DNA of 64,000 nucleotides from the NCBI GenBank assembly GCA_964016885.1, contig OZ024758.1:7254001-7318000 (forward strand), in the 5' to 3' direction. How positions within the stretch are numbered: position 1 is the first letter of the stretch; the number at the start of each line of letters is the position of its first letter. The stretch comes from Eledone cirrhosa. Its lineage: Eukaryota. The position numbers were made by a program, and so were the translations under genes. Under the pieces are notes generated by a model. It was not told the DNA's origin and searched no databases. It saw only the letters and a program-made list of their open reading frames with translations. Positions 41,101 through 53,818 of this stretch are shown here, piece after piece.

Positions 41101-41680
41101 ACTAGCGTTCCTCTGGGTCGATAGAATAAGTTCGAGTTATGCAAAAGATAGATTTAGCTGACGGTACACTTTGTTTTCTCTTAATACTAGCGTTCCTCTG
41201 GGTCGATAGAATAAGTTCGAGTTATGCAAAAGATAGATTTAGCTGACGGTACACTTTGTTTTCTCTTAATACTAGCGTTCCTCTGGGTCGATAGAATAAG
41301 TTAAAGTTATGCAAAAGATAGATTTAGCTGACGGTACACTTTGTTTTCTCTTAATACTAGCGTTCCTCTGGGTCGATAGAATAAGTTCGAGTTATACAAA
41401 AGATAGATTTAGCTGACGGTACACTTTGTTTTCTCTTAATACTAGCGTTCCTCTGGGTCGATAGAATAAGTTCGAGTTATGCAAAAGATAGATTTAGCTG
41501 ACGGTACACTTTGTTTTCTCTTAATACTAGCGTTCCTCTGGGTCGATAGAATAAGTTCGAGTTATGCAAAAGATAGATTTAGCTGACGGTACACTTTGTT
41601 TTCTCTTAATACTAGCGTTCCTCTGGGTCGATAGAATAAGTTCGAGTTATGCAAAAGATAGATTCAATTGACGGTATACT
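38111..41680. repeat. 85-bp satellite, ~42 near-identical copies
   Basis: Unit TTGTTTTCTCTTAATACTAGCGTTCCTCTGGGTCGATAGAATAAGTTCGAGTTAT(G/A)CAAAAGATAGATTTAGCTGACGGTACACT; period 38196 to 38281. Confidence 0.99.
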
Positions 41681-42244
41681 TCTATACAAAAACTGACTTT
41701 GTGCCAAAGAAATAAATCAATGTTAAGCCTTAATTGGTGAGTTGAGTCCACGACTTGGTTGTATACCTGCTTGCAGTCATTTATTTCATACTAATGACCC
41801 GGAGAAAACTATAAAAGTCACACAATTTAATTTCAATTTCCTATAAATGTTTGGCCTTCTTCCTAACTAAAATCATTAATATTAATAGGATTTCTGTATG
41901 ACACGACCAGGACCCAGTTTAGATATATAGCCATTTTATTTCATTTTCATTATTAAAGCCATTAAGAAATAGATGAGCATCACAGTAATAAGAGATTCTA
42001 AGACAGGCACAGTCTCAGAAACTGGAGGAGGTGGAGATCAAACCAGTACGTGACTGTTATATATTTTATCAAACTTTGAAAGACGAAAGGTAATGTTGAA
42101 CTCAGTAAGGTTCGAGTTGAGAACGTAAAAATATGTTAAACATCATGACAAGAAGTCGTAAAGCAACTATAATAAATAATTGTTTCTGATTTAGACACAA
42201 AGCCAACAAATGTGCATTACTGGTGCTTTATTTTCTCGACCCCG

Positions 42245-43040
42245 GTTGGTAGAGAGCTGTGAGTGCCTGGCAACATTCCAGATGCCAAACGCCCAAGATT
42301 GTAGCTCAGTGAAAGAGACAAACAATGGGAAGACATGCTTTACGAATAGTGACTATACCTGCACACCGTTTAGGAATGTCTACAAACGCCTTAGCTTCAG
42401 CGTATATTTACTCATCATCAGCCATGGCTTGCCCAGCCCTCGCCACAAGGATTGTTGGCAGCAGACGGACCACCTTACCAGTGGAATCTTCCACAAGAAT
42501 TGAAAGAGCAGATGCTCCAATCTAGTGAGAAATGGACTAGGGCACGGTACGACGGTCAGGAGGTAAAATAGACGATGGATGCATTATACGCGTTCGCCAT
42601 CTCCACTCGATCTTTCAGGGATAGCTTCCTTTCAGTTCATTTCTGGATAAGAGTGACCACCCTGCTCCTTAATTCGTCCCAGTCCACAAGGAGGTCCGGG
42701 TTAAACCAGATACTGAGCAACTTCACCGGCCAACCGATAAAGCTTCCGACGATGCTGTTGAACGGTAAAGATTTCCCTTCCCAAATGCTTAGCTGCAAAC
42801 CAACCGACCTGCCTGGGTTTAGATTTGGCCCCGTCAACGTTTCATATTCTCCGATGAAGTTGCCGGCCACCTTAGTTTCTGAAGTTTTCGACGCCATAAC
42901 GGTGAAGTCATCCGCGTATACCGACGTTCCAGTTCGAGCAGGATGCCCTGCAATAACTATCTTTCACAGCAATCGTTCAAGACACGGCACTTACAGAAGT
43001 GAGGAGAGAGGGCGTCCCTGGCGGACCGAACGCGTGATGT
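42245..43040 (-). mobile_element. L1/Tx1-clade LINE reverse transcriptase fragment (pseudogenised)
   Basis: Minus-strand ITRSVRQGRPLSSLL..SVYADDFTV (YADD at 42907-42918)..KLLSIWF..RKLSLKDRV; in-frame stops. Confidence 0.88.
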
Positions 43041-43283
43041 GATCTCAGTTGTGGTTGGAGCGCTCGGTACTGTGAGCACCAGAATGGTAAACTATTTGAA
43101 AAAAAATGTTGGTTAACATCGGGGTATGGTACTTACAGAAACCAACACTTCTTCGAACTTCTAGAATATTTTAAAAAGTACTTGACAATTGAAGGTTCCA
43201 CCTCAGTCCATTCGTTATGGACAGCTGGTACCAGAATCACATCACCAGCAACAAATACTGTGGCGGCGAGCGGAATAAATAAT
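43041..43283 (+). mobile_element. R4/Dong-like non-LTR 3' end
   Basis: VVVGALGTV..LQKPTLLRTSRIF*KVL followed by short 3' UTR and AATAAT tail. Confidence 0.7.
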
Positions 43284-43299
43284 GATTCCTTTATTTCAT

Positions 43300-43730
43300 A
43301 ATAATGGTTTCGGGTTTAGGCATAAGGCCAACAATTTTGGGGGAGGAGTAAGTCAATTAAATCGAACCCAGTGCGTTACTGGTACTTTATTTTATCGACC
43401 CCGTAAGGATGAAAGGCAAAGCTACCTCGGCGGGATTTGAACTCAGAATGTAAAAGGCTGTAACTCTATGCCGCAAAGTATTTTGTTCGACGCTTTATCA
43501 ATACTGCCAATCTACTGCCCCTGAACGGAATAAATAATAATAATTGTTTCTACTTTTGGCACAAGGCCAGCAATTACCCCCAGTACATTACTGGTGCTTT
43601 ATTTTATCGACCCAGTAAGGATGAAAAGCAAAGTTAACATCGGCGGAATTTGAACTCAGACCGTAAATGGCCGTAACTCTAAACAGCATAGCATGGCAGC
43701 CGACTCTCTACCGATGCTGCCAATCCACCG
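43300..43730 (-). mobile_element. Two tandem full-length SINE family A copies (long and short forms)
   Basis: 43300-43520 and 43540-43730, both with complete core and 5' head. Confidence 0.9.
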
Positions 43731-44508
43731 TCCACAGTGCCATCCATCGATAATTCCTACTATTATAATATATATATGAACTAATACTGGCATCAATAAT
43801 TAACTTATGACTTGCTGCCAATGGTAACACTGTGATATAAAACCCTCCCGATCTTCAAACCCCTCGTTATTTACAACTTCATTAATATCGACACATAAAA
43901 ATATTATTACATCCCAATCAGCAACCTTATCATAATTTCAGCAGAAAGATAATAGTTGATGGCATCAAAATATCGATACAAGAAATAACATCAGGAAAAT
44001 CTATTTTATTTCCTGACCCTCTGACATACATTACTTATCAGTTGGTCACTAAATATTAAATATATATATCACATTATAACATATGTTATTAATTATGCTA
44101 ACTATGATGATAAAATGGGTTGAAGGTCTTATATTGACAGAGTGTCGTTGGTGTTCTTGCAGTCTACAGATTGTTAGACTATTGAGTGATGTTAATGTGG
44201 ATATTGTGTGTTGAGTAGAGAATGATTGAGAGAATTTTCTTTAATGTCTATTCATTTGAAATGTCTTTTATTTGGTTGGTTTGTTGGGGGGTTTTTTGCG
44301 ACAGATAAAGTTGCAAAAATGATCTCATTACCCATTGTTTTGATGTTAAAGCAAATAATTGTACATTGGTGTTTGTTTTTAAAATGGCACTAAATATATT
44401 AGTGTTGGTGACATGACGTTCTCAGTACTAGTATTATAGCCAGGGTGATAATAGAAATATTGGTAGCTAGTTGTTTTAAAAATGATACTAAATATCTTAG
44501 TATTTTGG

Positions 44509-44840
44509 CAAGCGGCTCAGCGACCGTATCTGTATCAGTGAGCTGCTCAACATTACCAAACTTAGACCAATTACATCAATTGTCAAGTCAAGAGTACTCA
44601 AACTATACTGCCATATAAAAAATCAACGCGTGGTGTGAGTAGGTTATGCCTGGAAGGAAGGTTGGCTGGTAAGAGAAGCAGAGGCCGGCAACCAAAACGA
44701 TGGCTTGATAATGTCAACTTATTGACTGGACTTGATCTTTGCTCTTTGAACTCTGCTGCTGGAGATCGAACTATGTGGAGAGAGATGTCACATGTTAATG
44801 CGCAGTCTGCAACTGGCGGAGTTTAGCGTCACAAGAGATT
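44509..44840 (+). mobile_element. RTE-clade LINE 3' fragment
   Basis: LEGRLAGKRSRGRQPKRWLDNV..AAGDRTMWR, typical RTE C-terminus. Confidence 0.8.
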
Positions 44841-44999
44841 TTAGTGTTGGTGACACGACGCTCTTAGTATTAATATTATAGCCAACGTGATGATAGAAAT
44901 ATTGGTAGCTGGTTGTTTTAAAAATGGCGCTACATATCTTAGTGTTGGTGACATGACGATCTTAGTACTAGTTTTATAAACAGAGTGATAATAATAATA

Positions 45000-45190
45000 A
45001 TTGTTTCTACTTTTGGCACAAGGCCAGCAATTACAGCAGTGCATTACTGGTATTTTATTTTATCGACCCCGTAGGGATGAAATGCAAAGTTAACCACGGC
45101 GGTATTTGAACTCAGACCGTAAAGGGCCGTAACTCTATGCTGCAAAGCATGGCGTCCGACCCTCTACCGATACTGCCAATCCACCGCCTG
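45000..45190 (-). mobile_element. SINE family A, short form, full length
   Basis: Complete copy adjacent to (AAT)n. Confidence 0.9.
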
Positions 45191-46516
45191 GAAATACTGG
45201 TAGCTTGTTGTTTTAAAAATGGCGATAAATATCTTAGTGTTGGTATCGTGGCGTTGTTAGTACAAGTATTATAGTCAGTGTGATAATATAGATATTGGTA
45301 GCTGATTGTTTTAGTAGCCGACAGTGACAGCGAAGAGTTTGGTGTAGCTTCTACTTATTACAAAGGGAGAAGGAAATACTTGAACAAGTTTAATGAAATC
45401 AACCAATTCCAACTGTGAAAAAGCCGGAGATGTGGTCAGATAAAGGAAAGCAAAGTCAACGATTGAAGGTTGAGACAATGAAAATAAACTGTCTCAACAA
45501 AGACAAAAATAATATGTCCAATTACAGAATATTGGTGACATTTCAGAACAATGAGACTGATTACAATGTGAGCAACAGTGGCTGTGAAGTCTGCGATAAT
45601 ACAGAAGTAAATGTATTTCGTTGTTTAAATAGAGGACATTATATGTAATGGACACTAACAATACGACCACCGGAAAAGGCTTTCATAATAGGTTTCAATG
45701 AATGATTCAATGTTCTGCTAAGGTCTTTTATTAAGGTTTTATAGTGACTTATTACAAGACTAATACTATTGTCTTCATTAAACTTACGCTGCATATCCAA
45801 TTACTTTTCAAATAAATCCGTTGCTCTTTTATACAACTTGAAAGGCATCCGAACGGCGTTATATTATTCTTTACATAATGCATTTTGGAAGCCATATTAA
45901 AACTACAATCGAAAATTTATTAATCAATTATAAAAAGTACCGAAACCTGTAATAGAAAATTTTAAACAAGATATTCCTACAAATAATTTCATAAAATTTA
46001 ATATCATATTTATTTATAGAATTGTGTTATATTTAAATGAGCTATGGGATGATCTTGTATAGGGAAACACAGTTGTTTTAAATTCGACAATACTGACCAG
46101 CTTATATCACTTCAACAGGTTTATTTTAAAGTGTGATATTAATACTTTTCTTAAGAAATCATGCATATCCAGTTAATCGTATTGTTTTTAAAATCCGAGT
46201 TAAAAGAACGCCAACTCTTCTATGTACAAAAGGTTAAGAATGGATTGTAGAAAAAAATAGTCGTTAACTGGTGTTACTTTGAACAAATATTTCCGATTTA
46301 GGATAAACAGTGATCATTCCACGGCTAATATATATGTGAAAATCTTCATCAATAAAATGAAGGTTTAGTTCTACACAAAAATATATCTCATTGTAGATGT
46401 ATAGTTGGTTGTAATGGCTGACAGGAAATCTTTCTTTGGTTGCTGTTATCTAGCAACAGGTTATATATATATATGTGTGTATATATGTATATATATGTAT
46501 GTATATATATGTATAC

Positions 46517-46590
<74 letters not shown>

Positions 46591-46734
46591 GTATACATAT
46601 ATATACATACATATATATACATATATATATACACAGATACTACTAAGTATAGCTACAATGTAATATCATCATCTAGAAACGATCGTAAAGCAGTGAAGTA
46701 TATCTCTAATGACATTATTTTTTTATTTCATTAA

Positions 46735-46768
<34 letters not shown>

Positions 46769-47281
46769 AGAAAGAAACCTGTCATAACATATAACGTATA
46801 ACAAACGAATTGTTCTCTTTGCTTTGCTTAGAATAAAGAAATAAACACGACGTTAAATCTTATAATTAAACTTCTAATTATCTCCTTCACTGAAACGCTG
46901 AAAAGTCGCTGAAAAGTCGCTGAAAATGTAGTTGGGATTTGTGCGAAGAAACATTAAGGTTGTTAGTTTGTCGTGATCTTTCCCAGTTCTATGGGATATT
47001 TTGAAGAGAAAATTTCAAACAAACTCCATTTCCCATTAACAATACTTAATACTCCAGCTACTTACAACAAGGATATCTATTTACAGACAAATAGACTGTG
47101 CCAACAAAGAGTTAAGAGGTTTCTTATATTGACTGGTTCATCTCCAAACGCTGTCTTAATATATTCTGATAGATTTACACTATTTTCTCATCTAAATCCT
47201 AACAATTGAAATTTAATCGTCAGTATTCTGATTATTATAATTGATTCTCTAAGATAGGTTCTAATAAGACTTCTTCAAACA

Positions 47282-47378
47282 AGTAGTAGTAGTAGTAGTA
47301 GTAATAGTAGTAGTACATGTAGTAGTAGTAGTAGTAGTAATAGTAATGCTTGTAGTAGTAGTAGCAGTAGTAGTACTT

Positions 47379-47409
<31 letters not shown>

Positions 47410-47716
47410 TAGTGATACTTGTAGTAGTAGTAGTAGTACTAGTAGTAGTAGTAGTAGTAGTAGTAGTAATAGTAGTAGTACTTGTAGTAGTAGTAGTAGT
47501 AGTAGTAGTAGTAATAGTAGTAGTACTTGTAGTAGTAGTAGTAGTAGTAGTACTAGTAGTAGTAGTAATAGTAATTCTTGTAGTAGTAGTAGTAGTAGTA
47601 GTAGTAGCAGTAGTAGTACCTGTAGTAGTAGTAGTAGTAGTAGTAGCAACAGCAGTAGCAGCAACAGCAGCAGCAGTAGCAGTAGTAGTAGTAGTAGCAG
47701 TAGTAGTAATAACAGT

Positions 47717-47778
<62 letters not shown>

Positions 47779-47846
47779 CAGTAGCAGTATTAGTATTAGT
47801 AGCAGTAGTAGTAGTAACAGCAACAGTAGCAGCAGTAGCAGCAGTA
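47282..47846. repeat. (TAG)n/(CAG)n microsatellite
   Basis: Visible. Confidence 0.95.
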
Positions 47847-48055
47847 ACCTACTCTGTTTTATTCAGTTCTATTTAACACATATATGGAAGTCATAAGTAA
47901 GGTGTTACATAAATGTTGACGTATTATTTCATGACTGTTGCTACCCCCGGCCAAATAATTTGCAAAATTTTTATTGAATACCAACATCGAAATATATGCC
48001 TGTCACCTGTGGATTTATTTCGACAAGACTTTTAAATTATTTTTTCCTTTTTCAG

Positions 48056-48106
48056 AACAGTATTTTGACTTGCCTAGGCCTGCGGCTTTTACTGCTGATA
48101 ATGAAG
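48056..48106 (+). CDS. Candidate internal exon (EQYFDLPRPAAFTADNE), unknown gene
   Basis: Strong acceptor TTTTTTCCTTTTTCAG; weak donor AAG|GTTACA; open frame. Confidence 0.25.
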
Positions 48107-48839
48107 GTTACACATATATTACATATGGGAAACTAAACAGATGTTGTTCATTGTTGTCAATTGTAAGAAATTCCAATAGCATTCTTCTTAACATAAGTTC
48201 GTGCTGTGTCCCCCAAACTGTTTATAAAATGAATGTTATTTGATAGACAAGTACTGGGTACTTTGCAACTATTTACTAGCTAATGACAGAACACAGAACA
48301 CAGGTTTGGCATAAATACGTGCGTAAATATTGATTTTTAACATTGATGCAAGACCGGGTAGAACCGAGTAAATCGATCGCAATAATTGTCTGGTACTTTA
48401 ATGGAAGGTTACATGTTTATATTGGTAGGAGTTGAACTCGAATACATAAATACTATTGATAGAGTAACATTGATAGTCTTCAGAACTGTTCCCCTCTCAG
48501 AATTATATTTCACCGACCCAGAAATGAAGAAAAGCACAATCTACCTCCGTGGAATTTGCAATGATATGTAAAAGAACAAAATTCAATAACACAATATATC
48601 TAGTTTGGCGTTGTACTGTTTTCTTCTTCACTTCACTACAAATTAATTCATGTAAACTATTGATTTATTTTCTTTATCGATTAAAAAAATAATCAATTTT
48701 ATCATTATGAATGAAAAATTATGAAATAAAATTTGCAGCTCATACCTATGCAAGTTTAGTAGCCGTTTTCGAAGATGTATCTGATAGGAAGTTTCTTGGG
48801 TGTTGTTTTTTTTACATAGGCTCCAGTCCTATCACGAAA

Positions 48840-48950
48840 TTGTGAAATGATGTGTTCTCCTACTCAAAAACACAATAGGCTGTCCGATCCAGGAATCGAA
48901 CCCAGGACTTTATTATGATCGTCAGTCCAGCAAGCTAACAACTACGCCAT
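48840..48950 (-). mobile_element. SINE family B head, diverged
   Basis: GGAATCGAACCC reverse B box; CTAACAACTACGCCA reverse A box. Confidence 0.65.
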
Positions 48951-49123
48951 GGATTGGAATTATAGTCGATCAAATCAACCCTGATACATTACTGGTTATT
49001 TACGGACGGTTTCAAAACGAAAACACTTCAAACACAATTAGAACTCGGAACTTGTTATGTATCGAATTATTTTGTCTTTGTCTTTAGCACAGTAACATTC
49101 TTCAGATTTGGTCAACTACAAGA

Positions 49124-49325
49124 TATGAGGATCGACTGAAAAGCTCATAAGCTGACCAAGATACTCTCATGGAATGAACAAATGAGGTTTATTTTTCAAC
49201 ATAGTCCCTGGAAAGAAACAATGCACTTATTAATAAGAAGTGTTGAAATTAATGCATGCAAGGTTTCACAGCTCTAGCATCACTCCTTCATAGTCAGCTT
49301 ATGAACTTTTCAGTTTACTCTCATA
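49124..49325 (+). mobile_element. Mariner-like MITE (family M), complete ~200 bp
   Basis: TIRs TATGAG..ACTGAAAAGCTCATAAGCTGAC / GTCAGCTTATGAACTTTTCAGT..CTCATA, TA ends; partial duplicate at 49375-49460. Confidence 0.9.
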
Positions 49326-49493
49326 TATCTTCCTCATATGTGTTTTCCGTCACTGAACTGTGTATAAAATAGTTGACTGACCAAGATACTCTCATGGAAT
49401 GACCAAATGAGGTTTATTTTTCAACATAGTCCCTGGAAAGAAACAATGCAGTTATTAATTAATCTTATTTTTTGTATCTACTTGATTCAACAG

Positions 49494-49518
49494 AAAGATT
49501 CTGCAAGTTTTATTCCAG
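49494..49518 (+). CDS. Candidate 25-nt micro-exon
   Basis: T-rich tract..CAACAG|AAAGATTCTGCAAGTTTTATTCCAG|GTAGGA. Confidence 0.2.
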
Positions 49519-50551
49519 GTAGGATTTGAACTGAAAACTGACAAAACAAAACAAATAAAAACAACAACAAAAAACAAAAAAACAAAACAAAACAAAACAA
49601 AACCCCAAAAAACAAAAGAAAGAAAGAAAACTTCTCAATTATAAAGTGTCCTTTTATACAATCCGTCCACTGTCCACACCAACACACTACACGTTATCAT
49701 GATACTATTTACAATCAAGACTATACACTCTATAAAGAATACATAGCTCAGTGATAGGACGCGACCCATCGACACTTCATCCGGTGGTCAATCTAATTAC
49801 TCAGCTAGCTTATAATTTCCATACCTCTGTAAGAAATCAATAACGTTTCGATTTCCTGTTGAAGTCTTTAATACTCGTGAAACGGTATAGATATCACACA
49901 ATCTCATTTCCTTTGTTGTAAATTTGGTTGGATTAAAATTATCTGAAATCTTGATATGGCTTCATCATGTATTTTTACTTGGCTTTTATTGTTTACTGGA
50001 TAGTATATAAAATGTTGTGGGAGTAAAGCTTGTTTAGGCCAGTTGGTGTATATTACACTTAATCGCCTATTATCAGAGGCCATAACATTCAACTGTAGAA
50101 ATGATTGATTACAGAAGCTATTTACAACAAGGAATATAAAAACCTTTTCAAGAAAATAAACACTCGCTAAACATTTTATGTATTATAAATACTATCGTGA
50201 TTTACTCCATTCGTAATTCATACATTTTTTCTTTCTGAAAATAGATTCACAAAATTGTATTAGTCATTGGCGGCCATTCTTTCAATCAAATATAAATTTC
50301 ATTCTCTTAAAACTTATACCAAACTGAGGTTTGTTAACAACTTTTTGCTCGACTTTTTGAAATAAAGATCATTAAGATGGACATTTAAAAAAAAAAACCT
50401 TTAAACTTAGGCATTCATCTTATTATTCTTTTCATATTCACTTTTTTTATTAGGATTTTGTAAGAAGAAAATGAAAACAAATGTCAGCTCGATTTGAGCT
50501 CAGAACTGAGAGAGAGAGTGATAGAGAGAGAGTGAGAGAGTGAGAGAGTGA

Positions 50552-50584
<33 letters not shown>

Positions 50585-51609
50585 TGAGAGTGAGAGAGAT
50601 GATACATCTCTCTTTAATATATTTCATACGACAAACTGATGCTTCAGCCATCTTCACCACACTTCCTCATGTTCATAGAAGTGGTTGTTACAAAATAGAA
50701 AAAAAAAAAAAGATATAGATATTAGAAGTGGCAGCGGTTGTAAATGTATATTGCACTGTATAAAGATAAACTACTTTTGTATGATAGATATGTCTTCAAA
50801 GAAGAAAAGCAGAGAAGGATTTCTGAACAAAATACAGACATTATCAGATAATTATACTTAGTTTTATCTTGGAGGTGTATAACAATTGAAGGGTGTGTGG
50901 AGAAGTGAGGGCAAAAGGTAATGTGAAGCGGCAAAGATTAAATTCATTGAAAGAGCGTATGAATAAGTTCGATAAAATCGAGCTATAGAAACATAAAAGA
51001 AAGGCTGAGAATAGTGTGTGTGTCGGAATACTGTCGACACTATATAGACATGCAACTAACAGATAACAATTTAAAGACTTCACGCCTAATCGTAAGTTCA
51101 TTTGATTGGATGGTCATTTGGACAGTGAATGCAAACAAAAGGACGATAATGAAAAGATGCGCTACAATGGCGATGAAGATGCGGTGGTGTCGGAGAGAAC
51201 AAAACAACTTGGGAAATTTTCAAATAAAGAAAGAATTTGATAAGAAAGTAGTATAGGAATTTTCATGAATAAAGCTGATGCTAAGAAGGAATCAGTAGCA
51301 TAGTATACGCCAGATAAGTTTTGTAACGTTTCCAACAGGATTGCGGGCTGGCGAATACTTTTTGTCGTATAGTTCACGAAATATATAATTATTTCAATCT
51401 TTTTTTTTTTAAGAAACATTTCTCTTTCTTTAACATTAAAACTAATATTCTGTGTGTGGTTTTTAATATTCCATAGTTTTTAATCAGTGTTGTAGCAGTT
51501 AAAATATAACATGATTTATCTTACTGAAGAAAAGTCTTGAAAATATGTAACAATTGCGAAGTAATGTGAAACCAAGATACTAATACAAAATAATTCGAAA
51601 ATGGTTGGT

Positions 51610-52080
51610 GGTATGCATGGTCCTGTAATTCTTGAATGAGTCTTAGAGCCGGCATATCGACATACGGCGTTTATAGGGCATTTGTAAAGCATTTTAAGCC
51701 CATCCCTCTCCAGATCTGAATGCAGCAGATTTCTTATAGAAAAGAATAGAGAGAATGAGAGAATGGAAGTGATAATAATATCGTATGGTATGGTTCCGTA
51801 ACTCCTGATAGAGTCTTAGGGGCGCCGTATCCAGGTTTGAGTACAGCAGATTTCTTCCAGAGAAAGAAAGAAAGTGAGAGAGCGAGAGTGAAAAAAAAAA
51901 AAAGAGATATAGAAGAAGAATCAACCCCAGTATTAGACTAGTGCTTTTTTTTTTCCTCGACATTGAAAGGATGAAATGCAAAGCTGGCCTCGGTGGGATT
52001 TGAACTCAGAGAGCAGAAAGCCGGAACAAATACCGCAAAGTATTCTATCCGAGATTCTAACGACTCTGCCAATTTGTTAC
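51610..52080 (-). mobile_element. SINE family A long-tail variant with duplicated tail
   Basis: Core at 51920-52080; CAGCAGATTTCTT tail segment twice (~51722, ~51844). Confidence 0.7.
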
Positions 52081-52273
52081 CTTGCTGGGTGGTAAATTAA
52101 TACTATATATATTATGCAGACAATACACGTACAAATATAATTAATTGACCCTTTCTCGACTACTTTGAAACTAGGGATTGATTTGTCGTGACCTCCGCTA
52201 CATCTTAATACAAGTTGCTTTTAATTTAAACAGTAATTCCACAAAATAAAAAGCTGCCGAAGTATATTTAACG

Positions 52274-52352
<79 letters not shown>

Positions 52353-52375
52353 AGTGTGTTTATGTATATATACAT

Positions 52376-52536
52376 GGCGGTAACCACAGTAAGTAAGGTA
52401 CTCAATACATAGCAGAATATAAATATTTAATATAGAAATGGCTTCTACAGGACAAGAACTGTTTCATTCGGAGGAAATCATCTGATGATTTCCTTCGAAT
52501 GAAACAGTTCTAGTCCCGTAGAAGCCATTTTTATAT

Positions 52537-52543
<7 letters not shown>
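52376..52543. mobile_element. TA-flanked fold-back element with hammerhead lacking the 5' strand of helix I (family H3)
   Basis: Arms 52423-52543 centred on ATCATCTGATGAT; CTGATGA-TTTCCTTCGAAT-GAAA-CAG..C(C/T)G-TA-GAAGC; homolog of 59249-59449. Confidence 0.8.
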
Positions 52544-52616
<73 letters not shown>

Positions 52617-52676
52617 GTATACATACATATATATATATACACACACTTACATACATACATACATAAATACACACAT

Positions 52677-52719
<43 letters not shown>

Positions 52720-53279
52720 CACTCAACTTTCTTGAATATTTCGGCAATTGTTGTTAATAGCCCGAAGCCTCATAAAGTGATTTCTTTTCTCGCACATAGA
52801 AACGAGTAGACATATCAAAGCTACCGGGATGGATCAATAGATAGATTAATGGAGGGATAGCTAGTGTGTGATATTGATGGATTGTCAGATTGAGAGCTGG
52901 CTGGGGGAATGGTACGATTGTTCGCTCGTGAAATGTTAACATTCTATCAGTTAGTCAGAGTCGTATATGATTTTCATTTCAATAGGTTCATGTGATTATT
53001 GCTTTTATAGAAAGGAGATAAATCGATTGGTTCCTGGCAAAAATAGGTTTTGGCCGCTCAAATGTATTCAATAAACAATTAAGCATTGCTTTTCATTTGC
53101 ATTTTCTAGGGAGTTGTATAGGATTCATATTAGTTTTGTTTATTCTAACCAAACCCAAACTAATGCTAAAAATGCTCGAATCCTTCCTTAATCTGATTCA
53201 GTCATCGGTTGTGAATGTTTTTCATGGGAATATTTGCTCAATTCCAAACATTACACATGTTCAAATCGATATCCAAAAA

Positions 53280-53470
53280 TAATTGTTTCTACTTTTAACA
53301 CAACGTCAACAATTACACCAGTGCATTACTGGTACTGGTTTCTTTATTTTATCGACCTCGTAAGGATGGAAGGTAAAGTTAACCTCGGCGGGATTTGAAC
53401 TCAGACCTTAAAGGGCTCTTACTCTGTGCTGCAAAGCATGGCGTCCGACCCGCTACTGATACTGCCAATA
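53280..53470 (-). mobile_element. SINE family A, short form
   Basis: Complete copy. Confidence 0.88.
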
Positions 53471-53818
53471 TGTTGGGAAGCTGATGATTTTCAGGCTCAG
53501 AAAAATCCTCAAAAAATCCTCAACTGAAAATTTGGTTATCGAAGTTATTAGTATGGAATGTAGTAAAGGGCCGTTACTCTGTGCTGCAAAGCATGGCGTC
53601 CGACCCGCTACCAATACTGCCATATGTTGGGAAGCTGATGATTTTCAGGCTCAGAAAAATCCTCAAAAGATCCTCAACTGAAAATTTGGTTATCGAAGTT
53701 ATTAGTATGGAATGTAGTATTGGGCCGAAGTTATTAGTATGGAATGTAGTATTGGGCCGAAGTTATTAGTATGGAATGTAGTATTGGGCCGAAGTTATTA
53801 GTATGGAATGTAGTATTG
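53410..53818. repeat. ~157-bp tandem duplication followed by 32-bp unit x4
   Basis: 53410-53565 repeated at 53567-53720; CGAAGTTATTAGTATGGAATGTAGTATTGGGC period 32. Confidence 0.92.

Larger units (their letters stand above)
44370..45312. repeat. Old ~98-bp tandem array interrupted by an RTE fragment and a SINE
   Basis: TTTAAAAATGGC..AATATCTTAGTGTTGGTGAC..ATATTGGTAGCT recurs at ~44378, 44476, 44917, 45212. Confidence 0.8.

Noticed and set aside
38111-41680. CRISPR array or tandem ribozyme (retrozyme) interpretation of the 85-bp repeat
   Set aside because: Units are identical with no unique spacers and no cas genes; CTGACGG lacks A9 and no GAAA or helices follow in register.
42575-43042. 155-aa plus-strand ORF
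   Set aside because: Antisense shadow of the minus-strand LINE RT fragment.
53480-53520. CTGATGA..GAAA as a hammerhead
   Set aside because: No helix I, II or III pairing in register.
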